A stretch of DNA of 64,000 nucleotides from a virus. The position numbers and the translations under genes are program-made. The DNA is taken from the IMG/VR virus record IMGVR_UViG_3300025120_000020. The stretch is one strand, 5' to 3'. A model generated the notes under the pieces. It was not told where the DNA came from, searched no databases, and saw nothing but the letters and a program-made list of their open reading frames with translations. Below are positions 8,936 through 16,901 of the stretch, piece by piece (position 1 is the stretch's first letter; the number at the start of each line of letters is the position of its first letter).

Positions 8936-9477
8936 TTTTTTAATTCTTCTAATAAACTTTCTAAATTTCTCATTAGAGAGTCTTCTTTGAGCCAAATATT
9001 GTCACAAATTGTCCTGCGATATTCGCCATGTTTATCGACATCACTAGCGTAATTCCAACCTTTTAAAGTTACTTCTCCAGTCACAGAATCAGCCTCTGTT
9101 GTTGTCCAAATCACAATAGCACCTTTATTTAAGTATTGTTTCAATTGACGGGGAGGGATACACCTTTTAAATTTCTCCCAGTGAGAATTCCTTAAACCTT
9201 TTACTTCTATAAACGAATCTTTTATTGCAATGTCAGGCTTGCCTCTAGAGTTTTCAAAATCAATAAAGCATGGAGATACTTCTACATCTTTTAAATTTTC
9301 TCTTAACCAAACTACAGTAGCTACCTCGGACTTTACGCCAATTAAATTACTATCAACTCTATTGTGATTGTAAGATCCAGAGCCTTTGGTTTTATCGCCT
9401 CCGTATTTTTCAACAATTTTTTTGGCATGATCCTCACACCAATCCAGTTGTTCTTGCGATAACTCTATTTCAATCAT
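8932..9477 (-). CDS. PD-(D/E)XK nuclease-like protein
   Basis: GVKSE...PDIAIKDSFIEVKG. Confidence 0.6.
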   Translation of the reverse strand: MIEIELSQEQLDWCEDHAKKIVEKYGGDKTKGSGSYNHNRVDSNLIGVKSEVATVVWLRENLKDVEVSPCFIDFENSRGKPDIAIKDSFIEVKGLRNSHWEKFKRCIPPRQLKQYLNKGAIVIWTTTEADSVTGEVTLKGWNYASDVDKHGEYRRTICDNIWLKEDSLMRNLESLLEELKK

Positions 9478-9842
9478 TAATCTTTGACAAATTGTCCATC
9501 CACCATCTTTCCAGTGCGGCCCTTAATTACATCATAAGCTGCATTTAAACAGTCTGTAGTGTCTAGCTCTACCATCTTAGCGAGTAAAACAATAGTAACC
9601 AACATGTCTCCAATACCGTCCTTAACTTCTGCAAGAATATCCTCTTTATTTTCAGGAGGAATTCCAAGAACTTCCATCAAGTTAGGTTGACGATCAAGAT
9701 CATTTAGTTTTTTTAAAGCTGCTCTTGTTTCATCAAGCTCTTCTTGCGTCTTGTCTAGTTGTCTAAGTGGGGTAGAAGAATCTAAAATCCCTTTACTTTC
9801 CCCCCACTCAATCACTAATTTACTTAGTTCTTCGTGTTCCAT
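9477..9842 (-). CDS. MazG-like nucleotide pyrophosphohydrolase
   Basis: W...KG, QLDKTQEELDE, DGIGDMLVT, AYDVIKGRTGKMVDGQFVK. Confidence 0.85.
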   Translation of the reverse strand: MEHEELSKLVIEWGESKGILDSSTPLRQLDKTQEELDETRAALKKLNDLDRQPNLMEVLGIPPENKEDILAEVKDGIGDMLVTIVLLAKMVELDTTDCLNAAYDVIKGRTGKMVDGQFVKD

Positions 9843-9852
9843 ATCTGCTCTT

Positions 9853-9880
9853 AGTATAAGGAAATTTTAAGCCGTGTCAA
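9853..9880 (-). promoter_or_regulatory. sigma70-like promoter TTGACA-N16-TATACT
   Basis: Near-consensus; ATG 10 nt downstream. Confidence 0.75.
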
Positions 9881-9887
9881 CTATTTT

Positions 9888-10184
9888 TCATAATTTAACA
9901 GTCTTAGGGGATATTTCCTCTATTTCTTCGCATAACCTAAGTATCTCTGAAGTCTGCATATCAGGAGCTTTTGCTTTTAACTTAAAAAGCTCTTTATAAA
10001 AATAAATATAATCCCTGTCCTGATTAACATATTCTTGATCTCTGATATTAAAAATGTGATCTATGTATGTCTCGTAAATTGTAGCATCAATGCACTTCTC
10101 TACTGGATCATAAACAGAATTAGACACAACGTAGTCAAAGATGTCGTGACGGCTCACATTGATATGAAATATCTCTTCATTCAC
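9888..10184 (-). CDS. Hypothetical protein
   Basis: 98 aa ORF following the endolysin. Confidence 0.6.
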   Translation of the reverse strand: MNEEIFHINVSRHDIFDYVVSNSVYDPVEKCIDATIYETYIDHIFNIRDQEYVNQDRDYIYFYKELFKLKAKAPDMQTSEILRLCEEIEEISPKTVKL

Positions 10185-10186
10185 TG

Positions 10187-10819
10187 TTAAAGCTCTTTTA
10201 TACGTTTGATGACCATTTGGTAGGTTTCATCTGAAGGGTCATTCTTTCTATTCGGCGCAATCATTTTGTGCGTTAGAATGTTTTCTATTCCAAGGTCAAA
10301 TTTATCCATAAGGTATTTGCATTTCTTGGCAGCAGAATCAATTTCAACCGCACTTGGTGTGCGTTTATTAGTATCTCCATAAAAAGAAATGCCGACACTA
10401 TGGCCATTTAGACCACTTACACCTTTCCAAGAAGATCTTCCTGCATGCCAAGCCCTTTTTTTGTCATAAACAAATTGTGTGCGAGATCCATCAGGCGCAA
10501 TAAGATAGTGATAACTAACCTTTGATGCAGCATTTAAAATCCATGAACGAGTCCCATCATGACTTCCACTGCTATGATGCAGAACCACATACTTAGGTTT
10601 AATGGCTCCAGATTGGTTTGGAGAAGCTTTATAAACTTCAGGGTAATCATCTTTAAGTTCTTGAGCTTCAGGCTCTGGCTTTTCTGGCTCACCTTTATCA
10701 TCATGAATCAGATTCTCCCAAATCATTTTCCATGTAGCAGGACCATCAATCCCGTCAGCTTTAAGGCCAAGTTTTTTTTGAACTTGCTTAACGATACGGT
10801 CTTTACCAGAAAACTTCAT
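10187..10819 (-). CDS. Endolysin: PG-binding domain plus N-acetylmuramoyl-L-alanine amidase (Amidase_2)
   Basis: VQKKLGLKADGIDGPATW; VVLHHS, SYHYLI, RAWHAG, SVGI, THKMIAPNRKNDP. Confidence 0.9.
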   Translation of the reverse strand: MKFSGKDRIVKQVQKKLGLKADGIDGPATWKMIWENLIHDDKGEPEKPEPEAQELKDDYPEVYKASPNQSGAIKPKYVVLHHSSGSHDGTRSWILNAASKVSYHYLIAPDGSRTQFVYDKKRAWHAGRSSWKGVSGLNGHSVGISFYGDTNKRTPSAVEIDSAAKKCKYLMDKFDLGIENILTHKMIAPNRKNDPSDETYQMVIKRIKEL

Positions 10820-10828
10820 AATCACCTA

Positions 10829-10856
10829 ATTATATTCTTTGGCAAGATAAATTCAA
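10829..10856 (-). promoter_or_regulatory. sigma70-like promoter TTGAAT-N16-TATAAT
   Basis: Perfect -10; ATG 9 nt downstream. Confidence 0.6.
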
Positions 10857-10879
10857 GCAATTAATATTACATTAATTTC

Positions 10880-11194
10880 TTATTTTTTTAAAAATTTATC
10901 AGGATTCTTTTCAAACTTCTTCGCTAATGCAATTAACCCATTTGTAATCTCTGGAGCTACTACTCCAACTACGCCATAAGAAATAGCCTTAATAAAATCA
11001 CTTATAGGAGCATCATGCAATACGAACCATAAAATGCCTGATAATATAGCAGCAGCCAAAACATTCCTAAAAAAACATTTTAAGGAAACCCTTCCCTTAA
11101 AAGTAAGCATGCGAACAATCATACCTGATGCTCCAATAACAGGAATAACCCAGCCACCGTCTAAAAACTCCCTGATTATGCTTTTAAAATCCAT
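10880..11194 (-). CDS. Holin
   Basis: Three hydrophobic segments and a charged C-terminus; adjacent to the endolysin. Start placed at MDFKS. Confidence 0.7.
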   Translation of the reverse strand: MDFKSIIREFLDGGWVIPVIGASGMIVRMLTFKGRVSLKCFFRNVLAAAILSGILWFVLHDAPISDFIKAISYGVVGVVAPEITNGLIALAKKFEKNPDKFLKK

Positions 11195-11279
11195 ACAAAA
11201 TATATTACACAAAAATATGCCACAAACATATATTTATAAAAAGATTCTAGAAACAGAAGCCTTTAATAATGAAGGTTTT

Positions 11280-11531
11280 CTATTGGTTATAAACTTGTCG
11301 CTCTAGCTTTCTGTAACGAGCGTCTGAGTGCCAAACCTCATCGGTCTGCGGAGTATAAACGCCCTCTTCAGTCTGAATTGGCTGACCCTCCTTCAGCTTC
11401 AACGAAGACGGCTGATATATGTTTAAACTGCTTGTTTTCGGTGAGGAGCTGCCCCCGCAAGAAGTCAGCGCGATCACTGGACTCATTGTCGCCAATATCC
11501 CGTAGCTTTTCAATTTCTTCGATAAGTTCAT
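11280..11531 (-). CDS. Lipoprotein, o-spanin (Rz1-like) candidate
   Basis: Signal MNLSKKLKSYGILATMSPVIALTSC with lipobox LTSC; overlaps the upstream gene out of frame; in the lysis cassette. Confidence 0.65.
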   Translation of the reverse strand: MNLSKKLKSYGILATMSPVIALTSCGGSSSPKTSSLNIYQPSSLKLKEGQPIQTEEGVYTPQTDEVWHSDARYRKLERQVYNQ

Positions 11532-11637
11532 ATTTTCTTTTGTTATGTTTCTCTGTAATTTCAGAGAATGCGAGTTTATTTCTCAAATTGAGGTATAACT
11601 CCACGCTTTTTAATACAGATTTAATTAGAGATACCAT
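11368..11637 (-). CDS. Coiled-coil protein, i-spanin (Rz-like) candidate
   Basis: Amphipathic N-terminus plus coiled coil; 3' half overlapped by the lipoprotein gene. Confidence 0.45.
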   Translation of the reverse strand: MVSLIKSVLKSVELYLNLRNKLAFSEITEKHNKRKYELIEEIEKLRDIGDNESSDRADFLRGQLLTENKQFKHISAVFVEAEGGSANSD

Positions 11638-11644
11638 TTCTTTA

Positions 11645-12445
11645 TTATACACACTCTAAGACTTGTTTCCAATCCATTTCTCCAATCGCAGATGTTAGCT
11701 TTGTAATGTCTGCTTGGGTAAATTTTTGATACTTGCCCTTGAGTTTTGTGGGCATCGCTATCTGCTTGACCTTTGCCCCAGAGTTTTCTGCCATTTTATC
11801 TGCAATTTCTTTAAAAGAAACAGAGTTGCCAGTCCCAACATTAAAAACCCCATTAGTATCATGATGAAGCATCCTATAATGAACTTCACAAACATCTTCC
11901 ACATGCACGAAGTCTCTACTAGCTTTTCCCCTAAATACTTTGATCTCGCCATCTTCTTGAATTTGTTTGATGAATTTCGTTATCGGACTTGCCTGATCTC
12001 CTTTATGTTCCTCATGTGGACCATATACATTAAAATAGCGAAATCCTTGATAGGGATGATCTTCGTTCAAAAGCCAGTTGTCAAACATATATTTGCTATA
12101 AGCATAAGGGTTTAGAGGGACGCAGAACTGATCCTCTTCAAATGTCTCTGCTGCACCATAGACAGAACCACTGCTAGCGTATTGAAATTTAACACCCATA
12201 TTCGCACATAATTGATAAAGTGTGCCAGAGAATATAAAATTCTCATTTAAAATCTTTTTTAAGTCGGTTTCCGTAGTGCTAGAGTTAGCTCCAAGATGAA
12301 TGACGGCATCAATACCATTCAAAGGAGGCAAACTACCACCGAACTTAATATCGTAAGGAACGACCTCTATTCCTCTTTTCTCAAGATAAGGACAGAGATT
12401 TTTGCCAATAAACCCCTCACTGCCCGTAACTAATACCCTTTTCAT
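11645..12445 (-). CDS. rfaD: ADP-L-glycero-D-manno-heptose 6-epimerase-like SDR
   Basis: TGSEGFIG, HLGANSSTTE, YASSGSVYG, PLNPYAYSK..FD, FRYFNVYGP.E.HKG..AS, YQKFTQAD. Confidence 0.88.
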   Translation of the reverse strand: MKRVLVTGSEGFIGKNLCPYLEKRGIEVVPYDIKFGGSLPPLNGIDAVIHLGANSSTTETDLKKILNENFIFSGTLYQLCANMGVKFQYASSGSVYGAAETFEEDQFCVPLNPYAYSKYMFDNWLLNEDHPYQGFRYFNVYGPHEEHKGDQASPITKFIKQIQEDGEIKVFRGKASRDFVHVEDVCEVHYRMLHHDTNGVFNVGTGNSVSFKEIADKMAENSGAKVKQIAMPTKLKGKYQKFTQADITKLTSAIGEMDWKQVLECV

Positions 12446-12457
12446 AAAGGTATTATA

Positions 12458-13429
12458 TTACAGTTCGCCTTCGTCCTCTACAATTTCTTTTACTGATTCC
12501 AAGAATGGATAGCCATTCAATAAATCTTGATGCTCTGCGAAAGACTCGTCATCCCAACACCACTGAGAAAACTTTTCATCCTCATCCCAAGCAATAACCT
12601 CTTCTGAAGCCATTGAACTTACAGGTTTTTTAGACCAAAATTTACAACTCCAGTAACGAGGAGTAGTTTTATCTTTAGCTGTATCGCACTTGTGTCGAGC
12701 ACGGAAATTACGGCGACGATCTGGGTCATCACGCTTGATTTCCATGTTAGGGTCACCAAATTTAACCATGATGACATTACCAGTCTCTGGGTTTTTTACA
12801 TAAACGCCAAACTTCTTTTTACCGTCTTTTAATCGGAAGGGCTTATTTAAAGTTTTTTTTTCAGCGTCTGAATACTCAAGATCTTCGATGTCTTGGTCAG
12901 ACTCCTCTAAAGCATCGATTCTTTGAAGATCTAAGCGAGCGCAAGCAAAATCAAGCTCGTCAAAATCAACAAAAGCGCTGTTTGGATCTTCCATATAATA
13001 ATCTTCAGATCCTTTGGCGACATCTTGATCTGCTGCGCGGTAAGACTTCTTGACTTTACCTCCACGCACCATCTTCAGGAACATATTAACCCTAGCCATC
13101 GCCCACTGACCTCTGGTCTTGCCGGGCCTATGGCTAGAGCTGAATGCCCCCGAACCTCGACGGTATATTTTTTTAAGTTGTGTAAGCGAAACTTTTTTAG
13201 AATACTTCTTGTTATGCTCCTTAACTTTGTTTTTTAGAGCAGTAACAACTTTCTCTGAGAAGTTAATCTTCTTTCCATCTTTACCCGCGCTGCCCTTTTT
13301 GTTCTTACTAGAACCTTTCTTACGCTCACTAGGTTTTGCTGGAGTTTGTGCTTCACCTTTAGGCCCAGATCGCTTGGCAGCTTGAGACTCAAGAAATTCC
13401 TTAGCTTCTTTAGAGAAATCGTATTCCAT
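12458..13429 (-). CDS. Modular basic/acidic phage protein (DUF5824-like plus C-terminal KFGD...RARH.C...YWSC domain)
   Basis: LKKIYRRGSGAF..SHRP...QWAMARVN and KFGDPNM...RRRNFRARHKC...YWSCKFW modules separated by an acidic linker. Confidence 0.65.
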   Translation of the reverse strand: MEYDFSKEAKEFLESQAAKRSGPKGEAQTPAKPSERKKGSSKNKKGSAGKDGKKINFSEKVVTALKNKVKEHNKKYSKKVSLTQLKKIYRRGSGAFSSSHRPGKTRGQWAMARVNMFLKMVRGGKVKKSYRAADQDVAKGSEDYYMEDPNSAFVDFDELDFACARLDLQRIDALEESDQDIEDLEYSDAEKKTLNKPFRLKDGKKKFGVYVKNPETGNVIMVKFGDPNMEIKRDDPDRRRNFRARHKCDTAKDKTTPRYWSCKFWSKKPVSSMASEEVIAWDEDEKFSQWCWDDESFAEHQDLLNGYPFLESVKEIVEDEGEL

Positions 13430-13444
13430 CAAAGGATGTTACAC

Positions 13445-13627
13445 TTATTTTTCAAAAACTTCGTTATAACTTTGAAGTTTTTCTTCATCAGTCATTTTAC
13501 TAAGCTTTTCCTCAACCTCTTTGTTTACCAAGGTAGAAATAACTTCAATTAGCTCTGCGAAAGTCAAATTACTTGTAATATGATTTACGAAGGCTTCATG
13601 AAGCTCTTGTTCTTGCTCTGGAGACAT
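13445..13627 (-). CDS. Hypothetical protein
   Basis: 60 aa, TAATG coupling. Confidence 0.6.
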   Translation of the reverse strand: MSPEQEQELHEAFVNHITSNLTFAELIEVISTLVNKEVEEKLSKMTDEEKLQSYNEVFEK

Positions 13628-14022
13628 TATTTCTGTAGGGCTTTGCTTTTATAGATGCGTAGATCAGGCTGATTATCCTTCTCTTTGAATTTATTCTTGA
13701 AAATAACGATTTCCGTCTTTTCATCTTTTACCGACAAGCTTCCAGAATAAAAAGGCTTATCGTCACCTTTACGCCACAAAGCCCCGATTTCACGTTCTGA
13801 CCAGTCATCATTAGTCTGGGTAGAATCTTGCGGTCTACTCAGATAGATCCGAAGATCAGGTTGGGCATCCTTCTCCTTAAACTTATTCTGAAAAATAACA
13901 ATTTCGGTAGTAGAACCAGAAACGGTAAAGTTACCAGAATAAAATGGCTTTTCGCCACCTTTGCGCCAAAGAGCACCAACTTCTCGGTCACTCCATTCAC
14001 TATTTTTTTTATTTTCTTCCAT
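13627..14022 (-). CDS. Tandem DUF736-like domain protein
   Basis: Two copies of W.eREvGALWRK...PFYSG......EIVIF.NKFKEKD.QPDLRIY. Confidence 0.7.
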   Translation of the reverse strand: MEENKKNSEWSDREVGALWRKGGEKPFYSGNFTVSGSTTEIVIFQNKFKEKDAQPDLRIYLSRPQDSTQTNDDWSEREIGALWRKGDDKPFYSGSLSVKDEKTEIVIFKNKFKEKDNQPDLRIYKSKALQK

Positions 14023-14170
14023 GAGTCTTTAAGTAATCTTTGATTAGATGTTTTTTGTCGTGAGGGAGCTTAGTATAGCGCTGTTTAACGCGCTTGTAAA
14101 CCCTTTTCATGATCGGATCAGCTTGAAAATTAAGCAAACCTCTCAAATATCTTGAAGTAGACCCACTCAT
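14009..14170 (-). CDS. Small basic protein (53 aa, below the ORF-track cut-off)
   Basis: Own translation MSGSTSRYLRGLLNFQADPIMKRVYKRVKQRYTKLPHDKKHLIKDYLKTHGRK; TAATG coupling fills the gap. Confidence 0.6.
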   Translation of the reverse strand: MSGSTSRYLRGLLNFQADPIMKRVYKRVKQRYTKLPHDKKHLIKDYLKTHGRK

Positions 14171-14379
14171 TACTGACTAAACGAAACCCTATCAAGGCTA
14201 GTTTTAGCAAAACGACGAATAAGTCCGTTATTACGGTCAAATACCTGAATGTAGTTCCCAGTTTCTCCACGGAACTGAGCGTTCAAAGTTTCTCCTTGAG
14301 TGGTTTGGAGGCCGAAGAAGCGACCACGGGTTCCACGAATAAGACTTAAGGCAGTTTTCTGCTTTCGATTTAATTTCAT
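14170..14379 (-). CDS. Small hypothetical protein
   Basis: 69 aa directly behind a strong promoter. Confidence 0.7.
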   Translation of the reverse strand: MKLNRKQKTALSLIRGTRGRFFGLQTTQGETLNAQFRGETGNYIQVFDRNNGLIRRFAKTSLDRVSFSQ

Positions 14380-14387
14380 AACACGTT

Positions 14388-14415
14388 ATTCTAAGTGGAA
14401 TTGGGACTTTGTCAA
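14388..14415 (-). promoter_or_regulatory. sigma70-like promoter TTGACA-N16-TAGAAT
   Basis: ATG 8 nt downstream. Confidence 0.75.
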
Positions 14416-14442
14416 CTAAAAAGTCGAACAATTCGTCGCAGA

Positions 14443-14622
14443 TCAACGGGCTTCGCCCGTGTCTGGATAGTTAGCGTTCTCCTTGCAAAAAATAGGGTTA
14501 GCATCTGCTTCAACATCAAAAGGGGTGTCCACAAACTCGCAATGAAAAACCCTTGTATATCCGTCCCCCTCCATATTGCCCCCACAGTTAGGGCAACAGA
14601 ACAATATTCGTTCTTCGTTCAT
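14443..14622 (-). CDS. Small Cys-rich (zinc-ribbon-like) protein, 59 aa
   Basis: Own translation MNEERILFCCPNCGGNMEGDGYTRVFHCEFVDTPFDVEADANPIFCKENANYPDTGEAR; ATGA overlap with the clp gene. Confidence 0.7.
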   Translation of the reverse strand: MNEERILFCCPNCGGNMEGDGYTRVFHCEFVDTPFDVEADANPIFCKENANYPDTGEAR

Positions 14623-16901
14623 ACGTTAATTTTGTTCAGGTTTATTTCTGAGCAGTTTTCTGTGATTTTTTCGCAAATGAACTTGTTAATATGAGTTTCA
14701 AATCGTTCTTCAAAATCAACTAGATTTTTACAGGAGCGAGCAAACTTTTTCAAAAAACTCAAGGTGAATATAACTTCTATTTTGTTTAAGCGGAGATCAT
14801 CATTAATTTTTTGAAGCTTGTTATAAAGGATTCTAAAAATATCCTTCTTTTTAATGTGCTGCAATAATACATTGCAATCAACCAGAGATAATAATTCTTT
14901 AAAAATAGACGAGGTTGGAGATTCTTTGTCGGAATTAAAGCCCATTGATGAAGTATTTTCTACTCCGCTAGTCACAAAAATTTTGACGTTGGAAAAGTCA
15001 GCGATATCTCCATTGGACATTTGCAACTTTCCGTCCTTTAGTATTTGAGCAAATAGACTCTTAACAGACAAGTGTAACTTATGGAAATCGTCAATAATAA
15101 TGACGCTATTAGGATGTATATTGATCTTCTCGCATAAAGAAGTGTTGTTCATGATTTCTGGTAAGATTTTAAACTTAGCGAACTCATCTGAGAAATGAAC
15201 TCCACTATAATTTAAGACATTCACCCCACTCTTTTCCAGAGAATCCTTTAAGGTAGAGCAGAAAAAACTTTTGCCCGTAGACTCTTCACCAGTGATGCAG
15301 TAAATACTTGGAACTGAACTTTTTTTATGTATACCGTAACTTGAAAGTGATATTGATTCAATAAGAGAATCGATGATTTTATCATTACCCACAAACTTTT
15401 CTTTTAAGCTGACAGACAGATCTGATAAAATATTTGACTTCCTCAAGGGATTTTCCTTTTTAGAGAAAAATTCTTTTAAGTGTTTTACTGTAACATCCGG
15501 TAACTCTTCTTCTTTTTCGTTTGTCCAAGAAGTCAACTGATCTGTGACAAAAGAAAGAATAGAATCTTCAGAATCAAGGTCAATATTTTTTTCTTTTATA
15601 TTCTCTTTAATTTGTTTAAAAGAGGAGTCTTGGCCCCAATGAGAAACTTTTGCTTGTGCGCCACAATGATCTATAACATCAATAGCTTTATCTGGATAAA
15701 ACTTATTTGGAAGATATTTCTCACAAAAGTTAATGACATTGTTTATGAAGTTGTCTGTATAACGGACACAATGAAACTCTTCATAATATGAAGCAATAAC
15801 GGGTAATATCTCTTGCATCTGGAACTTAGAAGGCTCCTTGATGATTACCCTTTCAAAGCGACGATCTAGAGCAGTATCTTTTTTAATTGTATTAGTATAT
15901 TCATTAATTGTAGTCGCCCCGATACAACTTATAGTGCCTCTTGCTAATTCTGGCTTGAGTATATTTGAGGCTTCCAAAGAGTTCTCAGTTGTTCCTCCCG
16001 CTCCCACCAAAGTATGGATTTCGTCTATAAAGAGAATGATATTATCATACTTTTTAACCTCATTGACAAACTTCTCCAACCTCTCTTCAAACTGCCCCCT
16101 GTATTGAGTTCCAGCAACCATGCTAGACAAACTCAAGGAGTAAATAACCTTATTGGCTATAAGCTCTGGAGCCTCCTCATTAACAATATTAGACGCTAGT
16201 CCCTCGATCAAAGAGGTTTTACCCGTTCCCGCTGGCCCCACTAAAATCGCATTGGGCTTTTTCTTCCTACAGAGGATGGTGGCTATCTCTGATATTTTAT
16301 CATCAAAGTCCACAACCTTATCGAACTCGTCGCGGGAGGCTTTTAGGTTTAAATTTTCCGCGAATTGATCTAGGATCTTATTTTCGTCAAACATCCCGAT
16401 CCAGTTTCCCATAGGTAGATCAAAATCGTTGTTTTCGGAATTAAATTCTATTTCCACCTCTTCTTCATCTTTTACGAAAAAAGAAATGTCATTAATTAGT
16501 TCATTGCGATCATCTACGTCGAAAACTTCTGCTAAAGCCTTCGGAGTATATTCATCGCTTAACATACACAAAAGCATTGACTCTGTGCTAATATAATCTA
16601 ACCCAAAAAGCTGTTTTTGGATAAACTCAGAATGATCAATAAGCTGAGATAATTTTTTTGAATACTGCCTAGAAATCTCCTTATTTGGATTTTTCTTTTC
16701 AATAACACGTTGCGAAGCTATATTAAGTGCTTTGATGCTATCATATCTACCTAAAATAGTTTCACATGACAAACTTAGGTTATCCATGAAACAGGAGAAG
16801 AAAATATCTAAATCAACTTTATTCCTGCCAAGATGTTCAGTTAAGTCTTGAGATTTTTTTAATATAGAAGCTAGTTGAGGAGTGAAGGGCAAATCGTTCA
16901 T
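14619..16901 (-). CDS. ClpA/ClpC-like AAA+ ATPase
   Basis: Clp N-domain; GPAGTGKT, VAGTQYRGQFEER, ILFIDEIH, ALDRRF, PDKAID; degenerate second AAA (GEESTGKS, IIDDFHK); MGF loop. Confidence 0.9.
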   Translation of the reverse strand: MNDLPFTPQLASILKKSQDLTEHLGRNKVDLDIFFSCFMDNLSLSCETILGRYDSIKALNIASQRVIEKKNPNKEISRQYSKKLSQLIDHSEFIQKQLFGLDYISTESMLLCMLSDEYTPKALAEVFDVDDRNELINDISFFVKDEEEVEIEFNSENNDFDLPMGNWIGMFDENKILDQFAENLNLKASRDEFDKVVDFDDKISEIATILCRKKKPNAILVGPAGTGKTSLIEGLASNIVNEEAPELIANKVIYSLSLSSMVAGTQYRGQFEERLEKFVNEVKKYDNIILFIDEIHTLVGAGGTTENSLEASNILKPELARGTISCIGATTINEYTNTIKKDTALDRRFERVIIKEPSKFQMQEILPVIASYYEEFHCVRYTDNFINNVINFCEKYLPNKFYPDKAIDVIDHCGAQAKVSHWGQDSSFKQIKENIKEKNIDLDSEDSILSFVTDQLTSWTNEKEEELPDVTVKHLKEFFSKKENPLRKSNILSDLSVSLKEKFVGNDKIIDSLIESISLSSYGIHKKSSVPSIYCITGEESTGKSFFCSTLKDSLEKSGVNVLNYSGVHFSDEFAKFKILPEIMNNTSLCEKINIHPNSVIIIDDFHKLHLSVKSLFAQILKDGKLQMSNGDIADFSNVKIFVTSGVENTSSMGFNSDKESPTSSIFKELLSLVDCNVLLQHIKKKDIFRILYNKLQKINDDLRLNKIEVIFTLSFLKKFARSCKNLVDFEERFETHINKFICEKITENCSEINLNKINV

